This document shows positions 10,101 to 19,376 of a DNA stretch of 36,905 nucleotides, in pieces. The position numbers were made by a program, and so were the translations under genes. Within the stretch, counting starts at the first letter, position 1. Every line of letters begins with the position of its first letter. Source of the DNA: an uncultured Bacteroidales bacterium (GTDB lineage: Bacteria; Bacteroidota; Bacteroidia; Bacteroidales; M50B96); the NCBI GenBank assembly GCA_964388245.1, contig CAYLZH010000006.1, forward strand, positions 1-36,905. The letters run 5' to 3'. The notes under the pieces are model-generated. The model was given only the letters and a program-made list of their open reading frames with translations, was not told where the DNA came from and did no database searches.

Positions 10101-11105
10101 TTTAAGTGCCCGTGGTTTTTCCCCGGATTTTCCACCCATTATGATGTTCATCCTTTCATTTTCGTAGGTAATCAGGCCTTCTTTATCAATATGGATTATT
10201 CCGGCAGGTGAAGCATTCATTAAATTTCTGATAAATCGCTCGGAAAAAACCAATTTCTCCTGTGCCTTCTTTGCCTTATCGATATCCCTTACAATTGCCT
10301 GGATAAAAATATCATCTCCCTTTTTAAACGCATTTAAGCTAACCTGGGCGTAAAAATCAGTTCTGTCGTATTTACAATGTAACCATTCAAAAGTAAGGGA
10401 TTCGCCCTGGATAGCTCGTTTTATTTTTTCTATTGCACTATCTTTCGATAATCTTCCATCGGGTTGATATTCCGGCGAAAATTCAAATGGCGAATGGTCG
10501 ATGATTTGGTCGCGTGTGCAACCAAACATTTCAAGGGTTTTTTGATTGCAATCGATAAAGAAGTTCCCGCTCATTACAAAAATTGCATCAGCTGCTGAAT
10601 CGAATAAACTCTTGAAAAAGTCTTTTGTTAAGCCCGGCCTGACATGTTCTGAATGGTTTTCTTTTTCATTTCGGATTGTAGGGTGAATAAGAAACATTCC
10701 GGAAATCAATCTTCCATTTTCTGAATAATTAACCGAAACGTAAATTGCTTTGTCTGTTTCTATTCCCGTGAACACAAATTTCTCCGGCTCAATCGTTTGT
10801 TGGTATGTTCCGGATGGCATTTGACCTTTATTTGGAATTTTTAATGTGTCATTAATTATAGAAAGATCAATGAATTCAGATAAATGTTTGTTTATCAGAT
10901 CATCTGGATTAACTCCAAATATTGCGTAGTTTGAGCTTATAAAATCGATGATATAATTGCTGTCAAATTGTAGAACCAATGTTTTTAAATTGGTTGCCAT
11001 GAAATTGAACCTGGCATTATCGACATTATTAGCATTCTGTAGTGTTTCCAAACTCAAAATTGTTTTAGCCGAAACTCTGTTATTGAATTCCCGAAATAGT
11101 TTCAA
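7122..11105 (-). CDS. Cytoplasmic hybrid sensor histidine kinase/response regulator (multiple PAS, GAF-like, HisKA, HATPase, REC)
   Basis: H-box FLATMSHELRTPLN, N-box NLLKNALKFT, G-boxes DTGIG and GAGIGL, receiver AEDE..MDIKMP..KP. At least five PAS repeats and no transmembrane helix seen. The TTG start is uncertain. Confidence 0.93.
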   Translation of the reverse strand: MKLFREFNNRVSAKTILSLETLQNANNVDNARFNFMATNLKTLVLQFDSNYIIDFISSNYAIFGVNPDDLINKHLSEFIDLSIINDTLKIPNKGQMPSGTYQQTIEPEKFVFTGIETDKAIYVSVNYSENGRLISGMFLIHPTIRNEKENHSEHVRPGLTKDFFKSLFDSAADAIFVMSGNFFIDCNQKTLEMFGCTRDQIIDHSPFEFSPEYQPDGRLSKDSAIEKIKRAIQGESLTFEWLHCKYDRTDFYAQVSLNAFKKGDDIFIQAIVRDIDKAKKAQEKLVFSERFIRNLMNASPAGIIHIDKEGLITYENERMNIIMGGKSGEKPRALKMNIFELPGIASTSLSKSVHNLLDGQSIYSEEIEYFSTYGKTVNLEINGAPVYSTSGEIDGAIILASDISRRLKAEAARFELDKKYKLIFEHSPLGIALSTYDGKLLAFNQKLIDYFGYSHDELKNMVAHDLYLCEKERANIIQTLETIGVVKDFEVCLKRKDGSWFFAELNVHPYEIDNIKSMMVVVNDISKRKESEDKIRILSSTFDQSPNSMVISDIKGKVEYVNPKFEKVTGLSLSEVKGKNSLDKLKDINPDKYIEEIKSEVYDKGRHVCEIKNKTQSGSIIWERLQISPIVDSNGDITHYLGIHEDITKSKQSVEQLNKNLQYQKLVSEIANLFNRSKEIRNPILKAFGEVAQHFRLNRVFIIDDYSQYKEMKLTYEWFKTGIKPLKNSSEILKIYRSEDGKRQYKQNGFIFYENINQARAIPSRETNSACCKSLTLFPLSIRKGHTGILGITTDSERPCWKSDQVDILRTISFMISNFIVRRKVELQIQRIFDLSADLICITSLDGQLVRVNPAFTKLLGYTEKELLKEKVQSLIHPDDLGTLNSLVDLKDSKNPQLACFTNRFKSKEGNYIWLEWISQPFIEENLTFAIARDITIQKQHELELKNAKEIAEQSDRVKTVFLATMSHELRTPLNAIIGFSNLLELDYDDPEVKNYSGIINKSGQHLLGLINDIFDISLIETDRLKLHKENYNVLDFLNEIYQIVKADQELSGKANIDLHLNNISGLEGVNVYTDRKRLSQVFVNLLKNALKFTNEGYIEFGIHKHKEQILSFYVKDTGIGIPSEKVDIIFDIFQQIDDIYTRKFNGAGIGLSLCKKLVELLGGTIRVESTEGKGSTFLFEMPIAISNNIKPDKHKQVHSSAPDFSDKYILIAEDEESNYILLETLIKKTGAKIKWVKNGKDAFDFVKSSKNTDMIIMDIKMPVMNGYDAISRIKQLQPNVPILVQTAFAMADDVKNAEISGCDGFISKPISKDKLYNEISRMIDSN

Positions 11106-11264
11106 TTAATATTTTTGTATTGCGATATACGCAATTATAATGTAATAGTTATATGGGAATTTTACTATTGATTTAATGTTTTTTAAATAATTCCTTTCGC
11201 AAAAAACCGGATTTAAGATTACCTTAGCTCCCCTAAAAAATTGAATAATTATCAAAGGTATATT

Positions 11265-12665
11265 ATGAAACAAATACAATTACTTATTGTCCTACTCTTA
11301 GTAACTGCAATTATGAATATTAATGCACAAAATCAAGGTGAAATATCTAACGAACTGCTAAATGTAATGCGACAAAAGCATGAGGCAAATCCGTCATCAG
11401 TTCCGATTACCAATGCTCTTAGCAACGGCGATGTAAAATCATTGACATTGAACAGAGAAAACCTTAGTGTAACCGATCATCATTTTAAATATAAAGTGAA
11501 AGTTAACGGGATAACAGATCAGAAAAAATCAGGACGTTGCTGGATGTTTACAGGGCTTAATATTCTTCGGCCAAAGATCATCGACAAATATCAGCTCGAA
11601 GGATTCGAGTTTTCAACTAGTTACCTTTATTTTTATGATATACTTGAAAAGTCGAACCTTTTTTTGCAGGAAATAATCAATACTGCCCATCTGCCCATGG
11701 ACAATAAGCGAGTGGAATGGTTGTTCAGGTCGCCGGTTGGCGATGGAGGCGTATGGAACTCATTAGCCAACCTGGTTGAAAAATATGGTGCGGTATCAAA
11801 ACAGGCCATGCCTGAGTCGAAAAACAGTGAAAACACATCGATGATGATCCGCATAATCCGACGCAAATTGCGTGAACAGGGGCTCGAACTTCGTCAACTT
11901 AATGTCAATAATCAGAAGAAAGAAAAAATGCTTCAACGTAAAGATGAGATGTTGTCCGACATTTATCATATCCTTGCCCTGAACCTGGGGAAGCCTCCCG
12001 TCGAGTTTGAATATCGCTTTGTTGACAAAGATGGTAACATTGGCGAAAATAAAACCTACACACCACGTAGTTTTATTAAGGAATGTTTACCGGTAATAAA
12101 ATTCGATGAGTATGTGATGTTAATGAACGATCCCAGCCGTCCTTATTATCAGTTATACGAGATCGACATGGACCGTAACGTCCTCGAAGGACGCAACTGG
12201 AAATATATCAACATGCCCAATAAGGAGATTAAAGAATTTGCTTTGGCATCGATAAAAGCCAACGAGGCCATGTATTCGTCATGTGATGTGGGCAAACAAC
12301 TGAATAAAAATACCGGAACACTCGATGTAAATAATTACGATTATGAGTCATTGTACGGAATTTCATTCAATATGGATAAAAAAGCCCGGATAATAACACG
12401 TGAAAGTGGCTCGTCGCATGGTATGGCCCTGATGGCAGTTGATGTTGATGAAAACGAAAAACCAGTAAAATGGCAGGTAGAGAACTCTTGGGGAAAAGAT
12501 GCAGGCCATAACGGATACCTCACTATAACAGATGAATGGTTTGATGAATACTTTTTCAGGGTTGTTGTGCTGAAGAAATTTATCGATTCAAAAACACTGA
12601 AAATACTTGATCAAAAGCCTATTCTTCTTCCACCCTGGGATCCGATGTTTTCGGAAGATGAATAA
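11265..12665 (+). CDS. pepC: Aminopeptidase C / bleomycin hydrolase family (peptidase C1B), exported
   Basis: Catalytic motifs QKKSGRCWMF (Cys), SHGM (His) and ENSWG (Asn), with C-terminal PWDPM. The ATG at 11265 gives a signal peptide ending INA-Q. Confidence 0.92.
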   Translation: MKQIQLLIVLLLVTAIMNINAQNQGEISNELLNVMRQKHEANPSSVPITNALSNGDVKSLTLNRENLSVTDHHFKYKVKVNGITDQKKSGRCWMFTGLNILRPKIIDKYQLEGFEFSTSYLYFYDILEKSNLFLQEIINTAHLPMDNKRVEWLFRSPVGDGGVWNSLANLVEKYGAVSKQAMPESKNSENTSMMIRIIRRKLREQGLELRQLNVNNQKKEKMLQRKDEMLSDIYHILALNLGKPPVEFEYRFVDKDGNIGENKTYTPRSFIKECLPVIKFDEYVMLMNDPSRPYYQLYEIDMDRNVLEGRNWKYINMPNKEIKEFALASIKANEAMYSSCDVGKQLNKNTGTLDVNNYDYESLYGISFNMDKKARIITRESGSSHGMALMAVDVDENEKPVKWQVENSWGKDAGHNGYLTITDEWFDEYFFRVVVLKKFIDSKTLKILDQKPILLPPWDPMFSEDE

Positions 12666-12728
12666 ATAATCCGATATGCAGATAGTACATTTTATCTTAG
12701 GGAAAAAGCTTTATTTATTCAGGTTGCT

Positions 12729-15700
12729 CTAATCCAAAAGGACAAGTTTTTTGATTGATGATGATCTTTCGGTATTGAACTGTATAAAATAGACTCCGGC
12801 CGGTTTACTATTGCCTATCTTATTTGTTCCTTTCCATGTAAATTGATGATGCCCACTGGATAGTCTGCCGTTAAAAAGCACATCAACCCGGACACCATTT
12901 AGATCGTAGATTATGACTGATACATGCTCAGATTTTGACAGCTTAAACTGAATATTTGTGGCATCGGTAAATGGATTCGGATAAGCCATAAGCGATTTCG
13001 ATTGGGCAAGGTCAGGCACCGAATACAAGATGTTTTCATTGTAGAAAGTGCTATTTACTGCACCGGGTGTTCCGTTTTCGAATGAAGCATACCAGTTTTC
13101 CGCCATTGTATTATCAAAATAAGGATCCTTTAATTCCAATGTTGGGCCATTACCATTTGGTTCGGTTGGCCAGGGAGAACTGCTTTCGTACTCAACAAAA
13201 TCGATCAGTGTATTGTTTTCATCGAATAAGCGGATGAGTTCGCCAGAACTGCTTAATCCAAAGTCGAAATCGCCCAGGAAATTTTTTACTTGCGGAAAAT
13301 GATTTGCAAAAACTTCAGAATCACGGCAAAGGACCAGATATTCTCCTGATTCAATAGAAAGGTTTGCAGGTAAGTTAAACTGATGAGCATTATCAGAATC
13401 CTTAAATATCCAGTTTGAGATATCGATACTCTGTGTTGAACTGTTGTATAGCTCGATCCAATCTTCGGGATTGAAACCAGGAGAAGAGTTATAGTTTATT
13501 TCGTTAATAACGATACTTCCTTCTTGAGATGGATCTTCTTCGAACTGGGCAATGATACTAACATCGGTTGAAAGATTAACTTGGATAACGGGATTTGAAC
13601 TGGGTGTAATTCCGGTCCAGCCGACAAACTTATAACCTGGCTTAGGAATAATACTAAGTTTTATCGGATTATTCTTAAAATAACCTCCAGTCCATGGGAA
13701 ATCTTTTAATGTGATTGAATTCAGAAGTATTTCTCCGGCACCGGAAATTGAAACATCGATAGTTGTATTGGCTACACCCGGCAAACCAAATTCTGTTTGT
13801 ATATGACTGCGCATAAATGAAATCCTGTTGTTGGCGAAATTCTTCATAGTTTGAATATTCTGGTTCCATTCATTCAAACTTGTAACATTCCAGAGGTCGA
13901 TATGGCGGGGCATATCAGTATTTATTTTCGATTTAAGGCTGTCAATATGTGTGTTAACAATTCCGACAGCAAAAATTGTATTAAACAAATCTGCAAATCT
14001 GTTTACGAACTCTATCCTGAATTCCATGCTTTGTGTTAACCTTCGAAGCAGAATTGTAGACCAGGGAGGATTTGGCCATTCCGGGCCATTTGTTTCAAGA
14101 GCAAAAGCTAATGTATTAACAGTGTAATCGTTTGGATTCCAAATTCCAAATCCAAAATCGGTATCATACATTATCCACCGCCACTTGCCTCCTGCTACTT
14201 TCGGGCGCCAGAATTTAATGTTGTTCCCAGGCCAATCCTGATTATTAAAATAAATCTGTGCAACCTGGTAATTCATAAATTCATTTATATCCATCAGGGA
14301 TTTTACATAGGTAAAATTTTCAGGGATGGTTAAATCGTTGTTCGAAACAAAATCAATCAGGGCCGAATAATGAGCGTTATCTCCCTGGATAGGTTCGCCA
14401 TAAAACTCGAGAAAATCGATGTTGTTATTATCCACCCAGGGATGATTGGAGCTAATAAAATGCTCATTTATTTTTTCACGCAGATTTAGGATTCCCCAAT
14501 ATGCTCCGTTTAAAAAGACCACTGTTGGTTTATATGCCTGTCTGTCAATGTCAATATCTTTTACCAGGCTCGTCATCATTGCATCCCTGAACATTGTGCT
14601 GGGCCAGTCGTTCCCAGAATTACGCAGTATAATTGATTCAAAATTATTAATGTCTTTTCCCTCAAAAATTTGATAATCGATTGAGCCATAACCATATTTG
14701 CTACGTGCATAGAGGGCAAGCGATTTTTGAGGGAATCCTCGGCTCCAGCCTCCAAATATTTTCACCCCGGCATCCATGTCAATTGCAGCCTGGCCAATGG
14801 ATTCGAACAACTCGAGATGAATAGGTCGTTCCCAGTCTTCCCAAAAGTTAGCACCAAAATAGGGGAAGTTTGGATCGGCATTATTTCCTTCAACATGAAT
14901 ACCGGTATCAATATTCCAAAGGTTGGTCGGGGGTGTCGATATTGATACTACAGGAAGACTAATATTTTCGTTGATAATGTAGCTTTGTGTAATTGTATTT
15001 CCTGGCAATGCGTTGCTTTTAATAATTTTCGCTTTTATTACTGATGTTGAGATTATCTCGAATGAATCTGAATAAAAGATTGAGGCTGTTGTAGGTTCGC
15101 TGCAGTCGAGCGTATAAAAAACAGAATCGTAGGCGGAAGTCCCGGATATCGATAAATGTTGAGTGCCCTGATAAATCCCGCCAGGTAATGAAAACTCAGG
15201 TATTCCGGTAAGTTCCTGTATATTTTGAATCAGGTTTGGCCCACCCGGCGATGATGGAAAAAAATGATACCAGTTTATACTATCAATTGGTCGACCAAAA
15301 GAAATATCAGCCGGTATAAAAGAGGCTTCAATTTGGTCGATGATAATGCCACTTGTGTCACTAAGAAGGATTGTTTCACCACTTGACTTAATTTTGAAAT
15401 TTGTGTGCATTTGTGGGAACAGCCCGGATAATATGGCGGGGGAACCATGGGCATTAATAGGGGCAGATTCCATGCCTAATGACAGGAATGGAATCAGGCT
15501 CAAATCCGATGAAGATATATTGGTATTGTGTACCTGAATGGCGAGCACGTTTTCACCAGTATTAAGAAAAGACTGAAAATCAGAAATAGAAAATCTGTAA
15601 GGATCATTACCATTAACAATAAGCGGTTCGGTGTATGTTATTGATGTTTCGTTAAAGGCCGGAGGTATTCCCGGAGTTCCAATATTTTCACGGGCAACCT

Positions 15701-16289
15701 CAATCCCATTAATGTATGCTACAAAAGCGTCATCAAAATCAACATGCAATACTATACTAATAATGTTGTTAATGTTCGGTATCGTAAAGCTTTTCCTGAC
15801 ATATAATGAGATAGTTGGTGCTACAATTGTTGAATCGTCGTTATCGCCATATCCAAAACCACTCGGACCGGCCGACCACTGACTGTCGTCAAATCCTACC
15901 GTGTTCCAATTTATCGGAGGTTCGTAGCTGCCAGGTAAAAATTTCCAATCGTCGCCCCAGTCAATAATGGTTTCCCAATGTGCAACAGGTTTATCTTTTC
16001 CTGATGCAAACAGTAAAAGATATTCTCCTGCATTTATGGATATTTCAGGGAAATGCCATTTCAACGGAACTGTTATATCATCAGATAATCCAAAGCCTTG
16101 TAAGTTTTGTGAGCTGCTTCCAGGATTGTAAAGTTCGATCCAATCGGAAAAATCGCCATCCTCATCAGTTATTACTGATGCGTTCAATGGCATAATTTCA
16201 TTTATCAAAATATCCTGAGATAATAACTGGGTGGTTAATCCCGGGAAAAATATAAGAGAGATAAGTATTTGTGTAAAGGACAACTTCAT
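12729..16289 (-). CDS. CotH kinase family protein with lamin-tail domains and T9SS C-terminal sorting domain
   Basis: Two lamin-tail motifs (INEI..DWIELYN), Fn3-associated FYTLDCSEPT, CotH motifs (LRNSGND, NGAYWG..NLRE, DWPGNN, WIMYDTDFG) and a CTD (AYPNPF...GVYFIQ...KKLVL). Confidence 0.9.
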   Translation of the reverse strand: MKLSFTQILISLIFFPGLTTQLLSQDILINEIMPLNASVITDEDGDFSDWIELYNPGSSSQNLQGFGLSDDITVPLKWHFPEISINAGEYLLLFASGKDKPVAHWETIIDWGDDWKFLPGSYEPPINWNTVGFDDSQWSAGPSGFGYGDNDDSTIVAPTISLYVRKSFTIPNINNIISIVLHVDFDDAFVAYINGIEVARENIGTPGIPPAFNETSITYTEPLIVNGNDPYRFSISDFQSFLNTGENVLAIQVHNTNISSSDLSLIPFLSLGMESAPINAHGSPAILSGLFPQMHTNFKIKSSGETILLSDTSGIIIDQIEASFIPADISFGRPIDSINWYHFFPSSPGGPNLIQNIQELTGIPEFSLPGGIYQGTQHLSISGTSAYDSVFYTLDCSEPTTASIFYSDSFEIISTSVIKAKIIKSNALPGNTITQSYIINENISLPVVSISTPPTNLWNIDTGIHVEGNNADPNFPYFGANFWEDWERPIHLELFESIGQAAIDMDAGVKIFGGWSRGFPQKSLALYARSKYGYGSIDYQIFEGKDINNFESIILRNSGNDWPSTMFRDAMMTSLVKDIDIDRQAYKPTVVFLNGAYWGILNLREKINEHFISSNHPWVDNNNIDFLEFYGEPIQGDNAHYSALIDFVSNNDLTIPENFTYVKSLMDINEFMNYQVAQIYFNNQDWPGNNIKFWRPKVAGGKWRWIMYDTDFGFGIWNPNDYTVNTLAFALETNGPEWPNPPWSTILLRRLTQSMEFRIEFVNRFADLFNTIFAVGIVNTHIDSLKSKINTDMPRHIDLWNVTSLNEWNQNIQTMKNFANNRISFMRSHIQTEFGLPGVANTTIDVSISGAGEILLNSITLKDFPWTGGYFKNNPIKLSIIPKPGYKFVGWTGITPSSNPVIQVNLSTDVSIIAQFEEDPSQEGSIVINEINYNSSPGFNPEDWIELYNSSTQSIDISNWIFKDSDNAHQFNLPANLSIESGEYLVLCRDSEVFANHFPQVKNFLGDFDFGLSSSGELIRLFDENNTLIDFVEYESSSPWPTEPNGNGPTLELKDPYFDNTMAENWYASFENGTPGAVNSTFYNENILYSVPDLAQSKSLMAYPNPFTDATNIQFKLSKSEHVSVIIYDLNGVRVDVLFNGRLSSGHHQFTWKGTNKIGNSKPAGVYFIQFNTERSSSIKKLVLLD

Positions 16290-16455
16290 TTCATGGTCTT
16301 CAAAGAAAAATGAACTAAACTAAATGATTCAATAAAAATACAAAATAATATCTCGGCGAAACTTAATCCGAAAAATATTTGAATTTGAAAGCTTGTTATT
16401 GAAATAAAATGTTGTAGAAACCTTAAGAATGAAATGATTGGGACTATAGTCGAAT

Positions 16456-16680
16456 TTATACAATTTGACTCTCAGTAGAAATCAGGATCCTTATTCCGGA
16501 AATTTTAGGATCAATCCTATTTTCCGAAATAGTAACAATTCCTGATTTGTGGCAAAGTACCAAAGATGTTTTTCGGTAATTTGCATCTGTCTTTTGTTGT
16601 TTATTGTTACAATTATAACAGCAACAAGATTTAAGAAACTTGGGTAGTTGATTTTCGGTTTTGGAAACCTGTTCTGGCAC
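16456..16680 (-). CDS. Possible small Cys-rich hypothetical protein
   Basis: 74 aa with CCCYNC. Its GTG overlaps the thioredoxin TAG by 1 nt. No family recognised. Confidence 0.3.
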   Translation of the reverse strand: MPEQVSKTENQLPKFLKSCCCYNCNNKQQKTDANYRKTSLVLCHKSGIVTISENRIDPKISGIRILISTESQIV

Positions 16681-17135
16681 TATTGTACCTTTAATACATC
16701 ATTAATTGCTTTAACAAATGTTTCTTTCGGAAGAGCACCTTTGGCCATCTGGGGTTGACCTTCTTTGGGAATAAATAAAATAGAGGGAATGCTCTGGGTT
16801 TGAAAAACACTTGCAAGTTCTTTTTCATCATCAACATCTACTTTGTAGATGACTATTTTGCCTTTATACTCTTCTGCTAACTCCTCAAGAATTGGAGCAA
16901 TAATTTTACATGGCCGGCACCAATCGGCATAAAAATCGACTATTGCAGGCAACTCACCTTTATATTTCCAGTCGGAATCAGCCTCGTAATTAAAAATCTT
17001 TTCTTTGAAACTTTTTGTAGTTAAATTTTCGATTCCATTACCGGTTGTTTTTAGATTATCAGCCAAAAGGGATTCCTGGGCAAACAATACTGTTCCGGCA
17101 AAACTCAACACTACTAAGAGGATTATATTCTTCAT
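16680..17135 (-). CDS. Thioredoxin with signal peptide (exported)
   Basis: DFYADWCRPC active site and cis-Pro motif SIP. Signal peptide ends LFA-Q. Confidence 0.9.
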   Translation of the reverse strand: MKNIILLVVLSFAGTVLFAQESLLADNLKTTGNGIENLTTKSFKEKIFNYEADSDWKYKGELPAIVDFYADWCRPCKIIAPILEELAEEYKGKIVIYKVDVDDEKELASVFQTQSIPSILFIPKEGQPQMAKGALPKETFVKAINDVLKVQ

Positions 17136-17219
17136 GATTAATACTTTATTAATTTTCTACTTACTACATCTACAGTTAATTGATCATATTTTATCTATTC
17201 TTTTTTATACTTACGCATA

Positions 17220-17227
17220 CAAATATA
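17220..17227 (-). promoter_or_regulatory. Bacteroidota -7 promoter box for the exported thioredoxin
   Basis: TATATTTG on the minus strand fits TAnnTTTG. It lies just past the upstream terminator. Confidence 0.5.
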
Positions 17228-17230
17228 TGG

Positions 17231-17269
17231 AAAAACTAAGGCGGTCCGACATTTACGGTACCACCTTAG
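17231..17269 (-). terminator. Intrinsic terminator after trxA
   Basis: Minus-strand hairpin CTAAGGTGGTACCG-loop-CGGACCGCCTTAG followed by TTTTT. Confidence 0.75.
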
Positions 17270-17291
17270 AAAACCTAACCTAACCAAAATT

Positions 17292-17660
17292 TTAATTCGG
17301 ATAATCTACTTTCAGAACATCCTTTATTGCTTTTTTAAATGTGTCTTTCGGAAGTGCTCCCTGTGCCATCTGTGGCTGTCCTTCGGATGGTACAAAAAGC
17401 AACGAAGGAATACTCTGAATTCCAAACAAACCAGAGAGTTCGCGCTCGGCTTCGGTATTCACCTTGTAGATTTTTATACTATCGCCATACTCATTCTGAA
17501 GTTCTTCAAGTACAGGGCCAACCACTTTACAAGGCCCACACCAATCAGCATAAAAGTCTATTAAGCAAGGTACATTACCTTCGAATTTCCACTCTTTATT
17601 TGCCTCGAAATTAAACACTTTCTCCTTAAATGTTTCTTTTGTTAAATGCTCTAATGCCAT
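17292..17660 (-). CDS. trxA: Thioredoxin (cytoplasmic)
   Basis: DFYADWCGPC active site, QSIP motif, no signal peptide. Confidence 0.92.
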   Translation of the reverse strand: MALEHLTKETFKEKVFNFEANKEWKFEGNVPCLIDFYADWCGPCKVVGPVLEELQNEYGDSIKIYKVNTEAERELSGLFGIQSIPSLLFVPSEGQPQMAQGALPKDTFKKAIKDVLKVDYPN

Positions 17661-17941
17661 TTTAGTCTTATTTTATTTATCAGTCATTAATATATTTAAA
17701 TATCTATATATGTCGAAGCGTTCAATTATCATACCAGTTTTTTAAATCGAATTCATTCAATTACAGATCATCAATAAATTGTAATTTTGTCATCAAAAAG
17801 GAAAGTGTTGTCATAGTTTTTAAAAATAATTGCAATTATGCGCCATTTGGTCATACCATTAACCAATAATAGTTTACTCTTTATCAACCCAAAAACAATC
17901 TGTTCGCAACAGTGTTTGGCTAATCAACAAAATTAATTCCA

Positions 17942-19357
17942 GTGGACGAAAAATTAGACCATCCGGTTTTCAAAATAATATCAGAAATTGCATTCAAGAA
18001 CAAGCTTGAAGTTTATGTTATAGGAGGATACGTTCGTGATATTATTATGAACAGACCTACAAAAGACATTGATATTCTTGTTGTAGGTAATGGTGTTGAA
18101 TTGGCAAAAAAGGTTGCCAAAGAAGTTGGGAAAGTACCTGTTACGGTGTTTAAAAACTTCGGTACCGCCATGATTAAGTGTCACGATGTAGAGGTTGAAT
18201 TTGTTGGCGCAAGAAAAGAATCGTACCGACGGGATTCAAGGAAACCCATTGTTGAGGAAGGATCGCTCGAAGATGACCAGAACAGGCGCGACTTCACAAT
18301 TAATGCTATGGCACTTGACCTTCGGAAGGATAACTATGGACAACTCATCGATCCGTTTGGTGGCATAAAAGATATCGAATCCGGGATAATCCGTACGCCT
18401 TTGGATCCGGATACCACATTTTCTGATGACCCGCTTCGGATGATACGTGCTGTTCGCTTTGCTACGCAACTTCGATTTCAGATAATCCCTGAAACTTTGC
18501 ATGCAATCAGGAATAATTCTAAAAGAATAGATATTGTATCGCAGGAAAGAATTATCGATGAGTTGCATAAAATAATTCTGAGCAGGAAACCCTCAGTTGG
18601 ATTTAAGTTGCTTGAAAGTACCGGATTGCTTGCCTTATTTTTTCCTGAGTTTGCAGCTCTGAAAGGTGTTGATGAAAAAGAGGGCCTAATGCATAAAGAT
18701 AATTTCTACCATACTCTTGAGGTGCTGGATAACATTTGCCCCCATACTGAAAATCTCTGGCTCAGGTGGTCGGCTATGCTACATGATATTGCAAAACCTG
18801 CAACCAAGCGTTTTCAACCGGGAATTGGCTGGACTTTTCACGGACATGAGTTTCTTGGCGCAAAAATGATCCCCAAAATCTTTAAACGCCTGAAAATGCC
18901 TTTGAACGAAAAAATGCGATATGTTCAGAAAATGGTGATGTTGCACTTACGTCCAATTGTTCTGGCTGAGGATGTTGTTACTGATTCGGCAGTCAGACGA
19001 TTGCTATTCGATGCCAGCGACGATATAGATGACCTGATGATACTGGCCGAAGCTGATATTACATCGAAGAACCAGGCAAAAGTAGCCCGTTATCTGAACA
19101 ATTTTCAGATAGTCAGAAGAAAGTTAAAAGAAATTGAAGAAAAAGATGCCATACGTAATTTCCAGCCACCGGTTAGCGGTGAGCTTATTATGGAAACCTT
19201 TGGCATTGAACCAGGCAAACCTGTGGGTATTATTAAAGATGCTATAAAGGATGCAATCCTCGATGGAATTATCCACAACGACTATGATGAGGCCTACAAG
19301 TTTATGCTTATGAAAGGAAGAGAAATCGGCTTTGAACCAATATCCGGAAGAGATTAA
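17942..19357 (+). CDS. cca: CCA tRNA nucleotidyltransferase, HD-domain containing
   Basis: GGYVRD..KDIDI, RRDFTINAMA, DDPLRMIRAVRF and HD motif LHDIAK. Confidence 0.9.
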   Translation: MDEKLDHPVFKIISEIAFKNKLEVYVIGGYVRDIIMNRPTKDIDILVVGNGVELAKKVAKEVGKVPVTVFKNFGTAMIKCHDVEVEFVGARKESYRRDSRKPIVEEGSLEDDQNRRDFTINAMALDLRKDNYGQLIDPFGGIKDIESGIIRTPLDPDTTFSDDPLRMIRAVRFATQLRFQIIPETLHAIRNNSKRIDIVSQERIIDELHKIILSRKPSVGFKLLESTGLLALFFPEFAALKGVDEKEGLMHKDNFYHTLEVLDNICPHTENLWLRWSAMLHDIAKPATKRFQPGIGWTFHGHEFLGAKMIPKIFKRLKMPLNEKMRYVQKMVMLHLRPIVLAEDVVTDSAVRRLLFDASDDIDDLMILAEADITSKNQAKVARYLNNFQIVRRKLKEIEEKDAIRNFQPPVSGELIMETFGIEPGKPVGIIKDAIKDAILDGIIHNDYDEAYKFMLMKGREIGFEPISGRD

Positions 19358-19376
19358 ACTTTTTTTAAAATTCCTG

